A stretch of DNA of 64,000 nt from Leucoraja ocellata (lineage: Eukaryota), in the NCBI GenBank assembly GCA_036785375.1, contig JAWMAR010000013.1:310001-374000 (forward strand), given 5' to 3'. The notes beneath the pieces are model-generated. The model did no database searches, was not told where the DNA came from, and was given only the letters and a program-made list of their open reading frames with translations. The stretch's first letter is position 1; each line of letters starts with the position of its first letter. This document shows, piece by piece, positions 24,491 to 37,406 of this stretch. Both the position numbers and the translations under genes were made by a program.

Positions 24491-25054
24491 GCCTAACATT
24501 GAACTGAATTATTCACCTCCAGTGCTAGAGTAAAACAATTAGGTTGTAATTAAATTCTGTTACAAGTACAGTCCTGAACCACTCATGTGTTGCATCATCT
24601 GGGCATTTGTACCATATCAAAGATACAGGGTGTTGTAGAACATGTGCCCCTGACATGATGCCTCAGTTACCTAGCCTCTGCTGCAGGTGTGGACTCTGCA
24701 GTGCATTTGGACTCCGCTGAGAACAGAAGTCTGAGCTAGTCAGTGCTGGCCGTGCTGTGACATTTATCAGGTTGCAATGTTTGTCTTGGCATTTATATTT
24801 TAATACAAAATACAATCTCGAGCAGCACTGCCATATATCAATTTGCTTGGTATATACAATGCTCTTAATTGAAATGACCTTTTACTCTTTCACTGACTTT
24901 TCCCAAAAATGAGGCAAGCACAATACTGGCATTTTGATTATTGTATCTTCCTTTTGAAACTGGCAATGCATACCTCTTTAATCTCCATCTGGGTCTGTCT
25001 TGAGCTACACAGTAGGGAGTCCCAGCAATGACTTGAATGGTTACTTCAGGTCAC

Positions 25055-25470
25055 AGACTCATACGGTCATACAGCATGAAAACAGGTCCCAGGCCCAACT
25101 CGTAGATACCGACCAAGCTGCCCCATCTAAGCTATTCACATTTACCTGCATTTGGCCTACAGTATATCCCTCTAAACCTTTTCTATCCATATACCTGTCC
25201 AAATGTGTTTTAAATCTTTTATTGGACCTACCTTAACTACTTGCACTGGCTGCTGGTTAGATATACCTACCACCCTCATGGGAGAAAACATTGCCTCTCA
25301 GGTTCCTATGAAATCTTTCCCTTCTCACCTTAAACCTGTGCCCTCTGGTTCTTGAAATTTAAACTCTGGATTCACTCTATCTATGACCCTCATGATTGTA
25401 TACACATCTATTTCACCCCTCAGCCTCCTGTGCTTTTCAGAATAAAGTCCTAAACTGCCCAATCTATCTG
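25055..25470 (-). mobile_element. CR1 3' fragment
   Basis: CATACAGCATGAAAACAGG...CTATCCATATACCTGTCCAAATG...CTCACCTTAAACCTGTGCCCTCTGGTT. Confidence 0.85.
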
Positions 25471-25654
25471 ATCTCAGTAGAGGTGCCATAGTTCTGAATG
25501 AGAAAAATAATTACCTGAAGATCTTCCATCTTATTGGCATCCATGAAATCCTACTGTCGCTGGGACAGGAAGTGCAGTTACCTGGGTGAAGTGCTGGAGG
25601 ACAGTGGTGCACCAATGAGCTTATTTCTCACCAAACCTTCATGAAAGCAAAGAA

Positions 25655-25930
25655 CTACCATTTACATCCACTTGTTAGGACATTCCAAAATGCTTTATAA
25701 CCAATGAACAACTTTTAAAGTCACAGCTGTAATACTAAAGATGTGGCAGTCAATTTGTGTACAAGGTCCGGATTATTTGTTTTAATAATCTGATGGGAAG
25801 GATACTGGGAAGAACATCTCTGCTCAGTTTGAAAGAATGACACATGTAACAATGGTCCGCCTCCTCATGTTAAAGGAGGTGCTCCAATCAATGGAATGGG
25901 GTTTGAACCCACACTCTGTGGCCGAGTGGA
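25655..25930 (-). mobile_element. Ancient Deu-domain-type SINE remnant (SacSINE1/AmnSINE-like)
   Basis: GGACATTCCAAAATGCTTTATAACCAATGAA...CAGTCAATTTGTGTACA resembles the Deu-SINE body (from memory); similar remnant at ~62780-62900. Confidence 0.4.
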
Positions 25931-28900
25931 AAGAGGGGTAATAATGTCTGACACAAGTGTGGTGGAGAAACATCGTGAGGTAAGAGAGTGGGACAAACAT
26001 TTGCAGAAATAAAGTTGAGACTGAGATAGCGAAAAAATACAAATGAGCTGGAAGTGACCTTTTAGTCTATCTTTATAAAATGATTCCCTGTTCAAGGAGG
26101 CAAATTAGAAATTATCTGTTCATGCCGTGGAGATATAATTCTTATGATAAATATTTCATAGAAGGGACCATAAGACTATTTACCCCTGAAGGAAGAGTGC
26201 AGATGGATTTACTCCTCTTGTAAAATGTATTTAGTTACATTAATTTGGTTGTGTTAATTAACAACAAAAATATCTGTTCAGTATAATATCAAATATAAAT
26301 GGGTCAGATGTAGCAAATGCAGATACCTGTATGAATTCTGAACTGAAACCACCTATTGCAGGACAAATATTTCCATTTCCCACTTTACCTTACTATGTGG
26401 AGGCTGATACGCTCACAGCATTTAAGAAGTGTCTAGAAAAGTGTTTAAATTGCCAAGGCAAGAGTCTAGAGTGTTTTATTGTCATATTGTCCCAGACAGA
26501 ACAATGAAATTCTTGCTTGCAGTAGCACAATTGAATATGTAAACATAGTAAACATAAAGGTCATTGACCTAATGAGGGTAAATGGGATTAGTATTGATCA
26601 GTATTGATCAGGCAGCATGGTGGGCCTGTTTCCGTGGCTCTCGTCTTTTTTGAATGAGGTAAAATTAACGACAGTTCTATGCTGACCTGCATTTGCACAC
26701 TTGTGACGCTGTTGCAATGCTGCCAGTAAGTTATGTTTCAACTGAGCTTCTTATGTACAAAAATACATTTTTTACAGTGGTTGGAAAATAAGGCAGTTAT
26801 TACAAAGAGAAAATAGGAAGTTTACAAAGGTTGAGGGCAATTTTGTTGAGAATAGTTTTCGTAAAGGGTGCCAGAGGAACCAGAGCAGGTAAAGACTCAA
26901 AAATGAAATGGCCAAGAATGTAAACTGCAAACTTTGTACGTCCTCACCACACAACCACATCCTACCCTCACCACAGCAAATAAAGCTGGCAGTATCTGTC
27001 CTCCCCTTGTTTGTAATCAAGAAATAAACACTCATGTGAATATGGACATTGTTATTTGTTATGTGGCAGCAATATTTCGGGGTGGAGTCTAATGTTGATC
27101 GTTGCTTTATGCTTGTGGTTCTTGTCCATTCTGCAATTGATTGTAATGTGAAAAGCTATGTAACCCTGAACAGCTTTGAAGAGACATTATATAGAATATA
27201 TTTTCTCTGGCTTGCATTCTCAGCAAAGGAGTGTTGTAGTGAACATTCCTTGATGTCAACAATTATTTTTAGGTTAGAGAACATTGGCAATTAAGAATAT
27301 GTTATTAAAAAACTTTGAGAAATAATGCTTCTAGCTTTGTTCTTTATTTATCCAAGACTTTGGAACTCCTTGCTCTCGTTTTCCCTCTTTCTCTATTTCT
27401 AAGTGTTAAACACCTAATCCATCTCCTGTTTCTCTTCCCATCAGCCGAAGACGCAACTTTCCTTACTTCAACAAGCATTCCAATGGCTTCACAATGAAGA
27501 GAAGAGAAAATATCTGATTAAGAGGAGTAAGATATTAGAGAAGGGACAAGTCAAGGCAGAGAGAGCATTAGTGGGATTGCAGAATCAGTGGGGGGGGGGG
27601 GGGGGGGCATATCAATGAGAAATGAATAAAAGGCAGAAACGATCAGGATGGCACAGAAACCAAAGGGTTGGTCAGAAAGGTGACAAGCTGATGTGAAGGT
27701 TTTGTTCCTCAAGGTTGTAGGCTATTACTGTACTCAACAACAGAATTCAGTACCAGCTGTTTCAGCTGAATTGCTCCCCTGGATATGAAACTATTTATAG
27801 GCCCGATAAATAACAAACTATTGGATCAATTTGATTATTTATTAATATTTTTTACTTTGGCTCGGGTGAGGGAAAGAGCTGAATATCTGAAAGAGCTTTC
27901 AATGTCAGCGTGAGATGGCTCAGTAAGAAAGTCCGGCTTTTCTAACAATGTGAATAAAGTCAAGCTTGTACAAAGCATCACATAAAGCTTCTAACTCCCA
28001 CCTTACTGACTACAAGCTGAACGCCTTACCTTGTACAATAGCTCACCCTCCAGCTGAGCTTGAGAGCTTTATTTCAAGAATCTCACAGCTGTGTACGCAA
28101 GATTTTAAAGAGTTGACGGAGCCTTGCTGTTGTTTAGTTAAATGTCATTGTAGGATTTGAGTTCTATCAAACACACTAACATTGTGAAAGTTATGGCCTT
28201 GACATAACACTTTGAGTACTTTTAGAATACCTGCAATTTGAACGGGCCCTGTAACTTTCTATGATATTTCAGCACTACTTTAGTTGTAAGCACAAGTGTG
28301 CCGTATTCATGGTCTACTCAGTGCTGCATGGTGACATTTTGGATGAACCTCCACAGCAGACTTTCCAGGAAGTATTAAATCTTGACAATTCTCACCTAAA
28401 CTAAGAATACCATGCAAATTACTAGATGAGGAAGAAAACATCTTAGTCAAGAAGCCTGCGACAATTCAAAACCAAAATCTCTGTTGTACATAATGGTCCT
28501 TAAAATAGGATCTTTCTTGTAATGAGAATGCCTTCCATCAGTAAAAGAATACATTGCTTTTTGTGAGTGTTGACCATTTTGGTTCAGAAATCAAGATTTC
28601 CGCTCTGAAATGGTGCAGGTGGCAGACTTTGCTTTATCATTGTGCAATGATGGAACAAAGTAGAGAACAAGAGTCTCTATCCAATTCTATTTCCAATCCT
28701 CCAATAGTGGGAATGGGAGAGAGAACATTGAATGAGAAAGAATAAATCACAAGGAGTCTGGATACCATTCACAGTGACTTTCCATCTTGCTTGTGTTCAC
28801 TGAGGAGGCTACATGGCAGAATTGTCCTTTTTGCCCTGGAATATGTTCCCTTTTAAGATCCAGCACCTTTTTAAATAAATAATTTTGGATCATTTAGCAA

Positions 28901-29539
28901 AATGGATTTTCTTTCTCCTACCTTCTCACATAGTAATAATTCTTCCTTCAAACATGAATGGATCTGAAGAACTCTCCCTGTTCTCTGGCACTGTAACTAT
29001 CTTGGAAAACGAAGGCAAGAAATCCTCTCTACTCTCAACTGCATGGATTCCAATCCCAGCAGTTGTTACTATACCTATCTCATTCATCACAATGGAAACT
29101 CCACTTCAAGGGAAGGTTCATTGATCAGGCTCCTGTTGTTACTGAGAGACAAAACCGTGAACATGAAGAATATGTGATAACTCACAAGTTAAGCATAGGC
29201 CACCTGTCACAAATATCAAGCATTGGATTCACCCAACAAAGATGGCGATTTCAGGTTGAGCATGCACAGTGGCAACCTTGACTGCGATTCTGTAAAGAAG
29301 CGGGTACTTCTGATGGTTTAAAGGTCTTACTCTGCGTGCCGGACAGAATGAACAATGGCAGCATGAAAGACACGCGCCCACGTGCTTGACTGAAACATCA
29401 AAGGTGTGGGCCAGATTCACTGGAGGTCTTCTGTTACACTGTTTTAACAATCTGGTTCTGGTTCAATGGAACCAGACATTGAATAATTGTTCCTGCTGGT
29501 AATAATGTTGTCAGTGAAGAACGATAAGATGATGCAAGG

Positions 29540-30500
29540 TGGGGATAGAGAGAGCTCAGTGTGATTAATTATTGTGCAGAAGCAGCCAATGAGTGGTGAT
29601 GCACTGATACATGACAGCCTGTAGCATGGAGAAATTAATGCATGCTAATCCTTTCCACAGATAAATTAATGCATAAGTTGCCCACAGCAATAATGAACTA
29701 ACCTAAAGTTGCATTTAGCTAATGATCACCAAATGACAGGGGATATTTTGCAGCCGTCAACATGCCCATGCAGGTGCCCGGGCACACAGAACTGATTAAT
29801 ACACCATCAGGGGCAGGGAAAAGCATCAACAAGACTGACTGATGAATGGGTGTGTTCATCCATGATTCTGCTCTGGGTGTTTGTCAGGGTGGGGGCAGGG
29901 GGGGGGATATTGATTTTTATGACCTGACTCAACAAGCAGCTCAGCTGCCCGGCTGTGGAAGGTCAGTTTGAAAGGTGCTCATCTCATCACTTAACAGGCA
30001 GTTTGTGGGCACCAACAGAATCATCCATCAGAATCTGACCCTCACTCCCAGCTCTGCTAACAAGGGAATTTAAAAATGAGAGTAATCAATACATTATTAA
30101 AGAGGAAGAATGCAGATTAGCAAAAATTAATGAGCTCCATTTTCCCCTTCCCAGAGTTTGCTGACAAATTATCTGTTAAATGTAAAACTGCCTGAGGCAG
30201 AAGCCAGTCCGAGACATACACAGACACAGATATGTATTATTTATAGAGACCTTGACGAGCACTGGGGAAAAAAAATCACATGTAAGCTTTATGTTAAGAT
30301 ACTCAGTTGAATCTTTCTGTTTAATCACAAGCATAACATTGACATTCCTCCTGCACCAGTGGAGTTTTTTTTTTGCTGAATTTTTAACTTGCTTGTCAAG
30401 TCTGTGTGCTGAGAGGCAGAGGTCTGTGGCAATTATTTAAATCGGGCTGTAATGAAAGATGTAATGCCACGTAATGAGATTTACTTGAAAGGATAAGTCG
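29540..30500. promoter_or_regulatory. Candidate conserved non-coding/enhancer cluster
   Basis: Repeat-free; dense TAAT/ATTA, AATTAATGCAT (twice), TGACAG (Meis/TALE-like) and CAAATG motifs. Conservation not tested. Confidence 0.4.
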
Positions 30501-31139
30501 AGGGTAGTGTTTCTGTTCCCAGTTACAGGATGTATGACAAGGTCAGCATCTTCACTGTATTGACAGATTCCTACCAAAGCAATTAGATAGCTCAGCTTGG
30601 TCGGACTGCTAAATATGCCAATTCTTTGTTTAATAGTAATTCCACTTCTGACATTTGGTCACTGTGTCCTGAAGATTCTGTCCCCATTCCAGTTCCAGTC
30701 TCACTCCAAAGATACCCATTTATTTTGATGCATTGGGTGCTTACTGCAAGATAGGGCCTTGGTTATTCTGCAGATAGCCACTACTGCAAACAGAACATTG
30801 GGTAATGAGCTCATTAACATCTTCAACATTAAATATTAGGTTAAACTTCCATTTGACTCCTCTTCTGCAACATTTTCACAGCCCTGAATCATGTCTTCAC
30901 TACAAACCACATCCAATTGGGGTTATTGTCTCAGGAGAATGGTCTCCAGAATCTCTAGGATGTCATGTGTTGTTTAAAACAGGGGAGTGGGCACAGTTGC
31001 CATGGTAACAGAGTTAAAAGGCACTTAATGTTCATTGAACCAGGCATAAGGATGCACCAAACCTGTTGCTGCTACAACACTTTCTCCTGCATGGTATAAA
31101 TAAAAGATTAAACTAAAACTCCCAGTGCTGTGTTCCAAA

Positions 31140-32200
31140 TACTGATACTGTTAACTGTGTGAGGAGCCTGGTGCAGCAGGATTCCTTCCTGGTGACCAAT
31201 CACACCAATGCTCCTCTACTGCTCAGGAAGTCCTTTGGGATTGAGGACCATGTGGTTCGCTCTGGGTTTGTAGGTTCTGAGGTGACTGGTGAATCTAAAG
31301 TGGGGAGTGCTGATTTGTCCATGGAGGGGGCAGTCAGTATCCAAGGGGGTTGTTAGTGAAGTGGAGAGCTCTCTCTGCCCCATTAATAGAGCATCCAAGT
31401 GCTCCCAATGCTCTTTGGGTTCTCAACACTACTCCGAGTCTACCTTCAGTATCTTGGGCCAGAGTTTGCCAGGAATTGATCTTCAACGAAAGTTTAGCAA
31501 ATCCCTGACTCTTATCCTCTGTCTGCCGAGTACTTTCTCTTGATAAAAGTCAGAGTGGAGCAATGCTTTGGCAGTCCAGTGTCAATGTGGTCTGCTGGCA
31601 AGGGAAATTGTCTCACTACTGGGAATGTTGCACCAGCTATGGATGCTGACATTTCAGGCTATCCCAAGCCCACTGCAGTAATGCCCCTGTCCCACTTAGG
31701 AAACCTGAACGGAAACCTCTGGAGACTTTACGCCCCACCCAAGGTTTCCGTGCGGTTCCCGGAGGTTCCTGGAGGTTTTTGTCAGTCTCCCTACCTGCTT
31801 GCACTACCTGCAACCTCCGGCAACTACCAGCAACCTCCGGGAACCTCACGGAAACCTTGGGTGGGGCGCAAAGTCTCCAGAGGTTTCCGTTCAAGTTTCC
31901 TAAGTGGGACAGGGGCATAAGGAATCTCAGCCTCTCTAATCTGTTGACAGTTTGGGTCAATGAGTGACACACTTTCTCTTTCCTCAGCTACCACTGCAAG
32001 AAACTTTAAACTGGACCCATCGGACCTTTTTGAACCTTACTCCACAGCTGGTGCCCATGAGCGGTCACAGGGTGGTTCACTTCTCATTCCTTCCCTCCTG
32101 CCAACACTTGTTCTGCACTTCATTGTTCCAGCATTCAGTGACTGGATGACAGACAGCACACTCACGTTTAACGCACCATTTCATCTCGTGTAGAATTCAG
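31140..32200 (-). mobile_element. Old RTE-clade element, split by a MITE
   Basis: TTTGGGATTGAGGACC...GTAGGTTCTGAGGTGACTG.TGAATC.AA.GTGGG resembles an RTE 3' end; 32040-32190 resembles an RTE 5' UTR. Confidence 0.5.
31682..31917. mobile_element. Complete palindromic PIF/Harbinger-type MITE (236 bp)
   Basis: TAA|TGCCCCTGTCCCACTTAGGAAAC ... GTTTCCTAAGTGGGACAGGGGCA|TAA; roughly 85-bp near-perfect inverted arms. Confidence 0.92.
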
Positions 32201-32644
32201 CAATAACTCTGATGGCAGCTACTTCTCACACTTCATTTGCGGAGCAGATACTCATTCTCAGTTTCAACATCCCAGCATGTTAGGTGTTTAATTTATCCTC
32301 GACTGAACTATCATTCAAGAATATTTTGCAGTGTATTTTTTTAGGCCCTTGCTTATTGCTGTAATTCTCTCATCTGTGCTGACTGCTAAATCCTTCAGTT
32401 AAATGTTATAGTGGATGGCTGTTTTTTAGAGGTTGCACTCTGCTACCTTGATCACTGGAATCAGATTCAGGCACTGTCTTCACACGTTAAGGTCAGAAAA
32501 ATCACTTACAGTGCAATTCTCTATTTATTAATACAATGTAATTGTTTTTGTACACTGCTCTCGTTTCATTAGATGACACACATACCATTATTCCTGCTCC
32601 ATGCCCCCTCCCTCCTCTCTTATCACCTCATCCTGTGACATGGA

Positions 32645-32872
32645 GACACAAGGAACTGCAGAAGTTGTAATCTTGCATAGAACACAAAGTGCTGGAGTAA
32701 CTCAGTGGGTCAAACACCATCTCCGGAGGAAATGGATAGGCGACGTTTTGGGTCGAGACCCTTTTTTAGACTGAGTCTGAGGAAGGGTCCCGACATGAAA
32801 CGTCACCTATCCATGTCCTCCAGAGATGATGTCAGATCCACTGAGTTATTCTGGCACTTTGTGTTCATTCTA
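32645..32872. mobile_element. Palindromic Penelope-derived short element with two opposed decayed hammerhead motifs
   Basis: Inverted arms ~32680-32773 and ~32774-32866; plus-strand core CTGAGGA-AGGGTCCCGACAT-GAAACGTC (32777-32804); flanking direct repeat TGACATGGA (32636-32644, 32873-32881). Confidence 0.75.
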
Positions 32873-34732
32873 TGACATGGATGGCAGCTTCAGGCACCAG
32901 TAGTAAAATGTGAACACTGAAATAAAACATTGCTCTGTTTAGACTGTAAACTTTCCTGAATAAAACATATCAAGAAAAGCCCAGCAGCCTGAAGTGACAG
33001 ACTAACAGCTGACCTGTAAATGCTGCATGAGCTCTCAGAACAGCAGCAGAGAAGGAGAATCTGCCTGGCATCTCAAACACCACAACATTGGACAACTTAA
33101 TAGCCTGGCGAGTCATCGGCATTCCAGATTAAAATATGGCTCAAAGAAAAGCTCCAGTCTTTACATAATTCAGGAGCACTTCTAATACCACTGCAGAAAA
33201 AGGACATCAGTTTTGGTGGGTGAGACATTTCTCACTCCTTCATGACAGAGTGCTACCTGCCAATGATATTCTCCACACGACTGATTACTAGGTCATGGTT
33301 CCAAGATGCAGTGTGTAAATCAGAATACGGTGGGAGGTAAATGTGGAATGACCAGGAGATGCTGAGGTGATGGAGTTCTGAAACTGGAATTGGTGACTCA
33401 GGGATGCATATGAGAATAATTAGATGATGATTATCCAGTTGAGGGAAACTATAGAGGTGAGGCAGTGAAACCAGAATAGTTGCAGACTGTGTACAGCACA
33501 ATTTTAGAAATGTGTATAGTATTTAAATGAACAACAGAAAGGATCTCCCACTCTTGGTCAGGCTGCCTCATGAAAAATAAAAGAGATTTACCAGCTGATC
33601 TTTGCAGCAGCCACTAAATTCAACCTTCACAACAACTTGAACCAGATTTATATATGTCTTCTTCACAAAAGAAATCAGCCATAAAACCTTTCTGTTAAGA
33701 TACATAACCAAAACGTGCAGGACATTGTATCATTTCCAATATATTGCACCATGCTGTAGCATACTTGGGATGGGTCCAAACGCTGCAGCAGGGATCAGCA
33801 ATAACAGTTGAATGTGCTTGCTCTACAGTCTTGCTTCAAGAGGACAGGGTTACTAACCGGAGAATCAAAGTAATTGTTATTGATAAAAATAGAAGGCAAC
33901 GTTTTTAAACCTTGTTTGGCTATAATTACAGATCTGATAAATGTTTTATCTGTATCTTTTCCAGCTGACTGCTGTCTACCTTTCTTCGTTACATCTCAAA
34001 GGGAATGTGAGTACGTAATCAGGAGGCCCAACTCTCATCAATCTTCCGATGCTCAGAATGGCAGGCTCTATTTCTCACTGACTGGGCCATAAGGTTAACG
34101 CCCTTGGAGACCACTGGAATATAAAAACAACAGATTAGAAAAAGGTCATTTTACATCGGGGGGGCATCCAGTTCTTGGCCAGGCTGATGGGAAAGTGTCA
34201 TTTCTTGTATAAAGGCGGAGCGTGAATTGCGCTTGGGAAATTAACAATGGTTGTTTAGAATCAAGGGTGGCTTTCACCAGCAGCAGCTCGTACGCAGAAA
34301 AACACTCGATGGATCATAAACATCATGGAATTCCAAATACTCAGTCAGACATTGCACGTAATGACATTTCAATGGCACCCGACATTTTAACTATAACAGA
34401 ATTAAAACACGATGCCTCTTATCAATGTTGCTACATTCACTTTGATGGCAAGGCCTGGTTAACACAACCCTTGAGAGTCAGGTAGCTTTAATGAACAATA
34501 TTCCACTCTAGGCTGGCATAACATCATTTGGTTCAGAGGCCAACCAGTTGACAGGGAGTTCCAGAGGATCGAGAACCTGGCTGGGGCATCCATGGCGCAT
34601 GTCATTCTCATCAAATTCCTTATCGTTCTCAAGCTCCTTCTGGCCTGGTAGGAGTAACTCGGATTGAACCCAAGTACTGCAGTAACCCAGCGGGTTTATG
34701 GCAGCATCTTTGGATGGCAGCATCTTTGGACT

Positions 34733-35095
34733 TCAGGGGTTGGACAGGCTAGATGCAGGAAGATTGTTCCCGATGTTGGGGAAGTCCAGAACAAGGGGTC
34801 ACAGTTTAAGGAAAAGGGGGAAATCTTTTAGGACCGAGATGAGAAAAACATTTTTCACATAGAGAGTGGTGAATCTGTGGAATTCTCTGCCACAGAAGGT
34901 AGTTGAGGCCAGTTCATTGGCTATATTTAAGAGGGTGTTAGATGTGGCCCTTGTGGCTAAAGGGATCAGGGGGTATGGAGAGAAGGCAGGTACAGGATAC
35001 TGAGTTGGATGATCAGCCATGATCATATTGAATGGCGGTGCAGGCTCGAAGGGCTGAATGGCCTACTCCTGCACCTATTTTCTATGTTTCCATGT
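34733..35095 (+). mobile_element. Young CR1 3' fragment
   Basis: Nearly identical to 48619-48947 (reverse); TTTCTATG tail. Confidence 0.92.
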
Positions 35096-35096
35096 T

Positions 35097-35262
35097 TGGA
35101 GGACATGGATAGGTGACCTTTCAGGTTGGGAACCTTCTTCAGAATCAGAATTGTGAAGTCTCACCTATCCATGTCCTCCAGGGATGCTGAATGACTCGCT
35201 GAGTTTCTCCAGCATTTTGTGTTCCACTCGAGCTTCCAGAATCTGCAGTTCTTTGTGTCTCC
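35097..35262. mobile_element. Penelope-derived short element, partial palindrome
   Basis: TGGAGGACATGGATAGGTGA ... TCACCTATCCATGTCCTCCA inverted pair followed by the family's CTGCAGTTCTTTGTGTCTCC end. Confidence 0.7.
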
Positions 35263-35689
35263 AAGAGTAACCTCGATTTAGCTTCTCAGCACCTTGATAC
35301 TTTGGATGCCATATTCACCAAGTAAATCTTCATGCTCTATGTGGAAGGCCCTGAAGAATGCATTAACGTCCAAAGCCCAGCAAACCTTGAGTGATGTTAA
35401 TTGATGAGATTCCTGCCTGGTGTGGCTGCCTCCTGGAACTGCTCAGATATGGCGATGACTGACCACAAATGGGGCAGCAGCTGACTGTCTACACTGAGCC
35501 CATTTCTCATGGGGTGAAGGGAGTTAACAGTACCTACTAGATACTTTTGATCACTGTGTTTTGGACGTTTATTCACCTGTCATTTCTTACCCCATCAAAA
35601 TGACATAGTAAAAACTGCTGATGTTGGAGGTCCAACTGGAAGTTCTTTGTCACCCCTGCTGACTAATTTGCAATGATGGCCAATCTCTC

Positions 35690-36130
35690 AGCCTCTCCCT
35701 CAATGTCTGCAAGATGCAGGAGCTGCTCATTGACTCTGGGAAGTGAGGTGGTGTACACACCCCCAGTGCCAAAGTGGAAATGGTTCAAGTTCCCAGGTGT
35801 AAATGTCAAAAAAAAAATTATCCTGGCTTAAAGACATTGAAGCTGTGGCCAAGACAGCACACCAACAGCTCTGAGGAAGGTTGGCATGTCTCCACTCTTA
35901 CCAACTTCTAATGATATACTGTAGAAAGTATCTTACCAGGATGCAACACAGTTTTGATCAGCAACAGTTCTGACCAAGACGGCAAGAAATTGGAGATCTG
36001 TTTATGTAACCAAGTCCATAACATAGATATGACTCCCGCACCCTACTGCATCCACATCCCCGCCCCACCACCACCACCACAACCTACACTCATCTACACT
36101 TGAAGCAGCCACAGGAAAGCAGCTAAAATA
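35690..36130 (+). mobile_element. Decayed Rex1/Babar LINE fragment
   Basis: CCTCTCCCTCAATGTC.GCAAGA...GGCCAAGA.AGCACACCAAC... colinear with 51870-52300. Confidence 0.7.
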
Positions 36131-36879
36131 ATCTGCTGTTCCTTGTATAGTCAAATTTGCATACAGCACCAAAGTGGGTGGTATTGGGACAAACGCAGGC
36201 AGGTGGGATTAATGTAGATGGGGCATCTTGGTCTGCAAGTTGGAGGCAAGTTGGACCAAAGGGCCTGTTTTTGTGCTGTATGACATAGACTAAAATAATG
36301 AAGGACCATTTATACCCAAGTTATTCCCTATTCTCCCCTCTCCTGTCTGCCGGCATTGACTCAATGGGCCAAATGGCTTTCCTTTTGTCTTAAGACAACA
36401 GGCAATATCACAAATTCCAACTGGCAGATAACATCCGAGTAAAACTAGATTTTTTAACATAATAACAGAATTAAGGAAACTAAAATTATTTTCAATATTA
36501 AACAAAATGCTACATTTCCATCTGCAGTGCATCTATTAGTAAGTGCAATCTACCCCTCACGACAATCTACAGAAGCAGAATTTACTGATAGTTTGAGAAA
36601 TTATTCTCATTTCAAGGGAACAATAGTGAGAGTTATCCTAGTCTGATAATCCAAATAAGGTCACATTGCAGATCCATTCCTATCTAAGATCAGCACATTT
36701 CCATCAACCATTGGCCATTGTCACATGCAGCCACTGTAGTCCATTTCCCCTTGTGATGAAATTAGATGGGGAAATGGAAATGAGGGAGCCATAAGCGTGA
36801 TCTTTATTTTTCAGGGAAGAGTGACTTTGTTTTGAGTTTCTAGAAAATGAACCAGCATACTCCTAGGATGTGCTGCTAG

Positions 36880-37030
36880 ATTACTGGTGTCAGTTGTCAT
36901 TCAGAGGGTGGCATTCTCACCTCTTGACTGCATGTTGCAGTCCAACTCAAAAACTCAACTAAAAAGACCGGTCTAACTCTCCAATACAATATACAGAAAA
37001 TGCTAGACTGTTGGAAATATTACCTTTTGG
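36880..37030 (+). mobile_element. Ancient tRNA-SINE head remnant
   Basis: GGTGGCATTCTCACCTCT.GA...CTCTCCAATACAAT...AATGCTAGACTGTTGGA resembles SacSINE1/LF-SINE-type heads (from memory). Confidence 0.35.
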
Positions 37031-37406
37031 GTTTCGGTTTAAATTTAATATTATCATGTTTGTCGTGAAAAACGTTGTTTTGCAAACCATCTAAATAAAT
37101 CAGATAATACTACACATCGATACATTCAAGTCAAACTCAAGTACAATAGATAGAGCAATGGGGAATATACAGTGGGCAGAATATGGTTCTCAGCATTGTA
37201 GCACATCAATTACATGAAATGTCCAATGTCTGCAATGAGGTAGAGGACTGTACCCTGGCTGTTGTGTATGTGAGGGGTACAATCTGGGCTGAATTGATGA
37301 AGATGTGGGGAGAATAAAAATAGGATTAATGTGAGAGTAATGTAATTGGAAAATTGCGGGTCAGTTTGGACTCAGTGGGCCAAAGGGTTAACAATACCAT
37401 CAACAC

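Noticed and set aside
31540-31972. Similar ORFs on both strands (MPLSHLGNLNGNLWRL)
   Set aside because: Artefact of the palindromic MITE.
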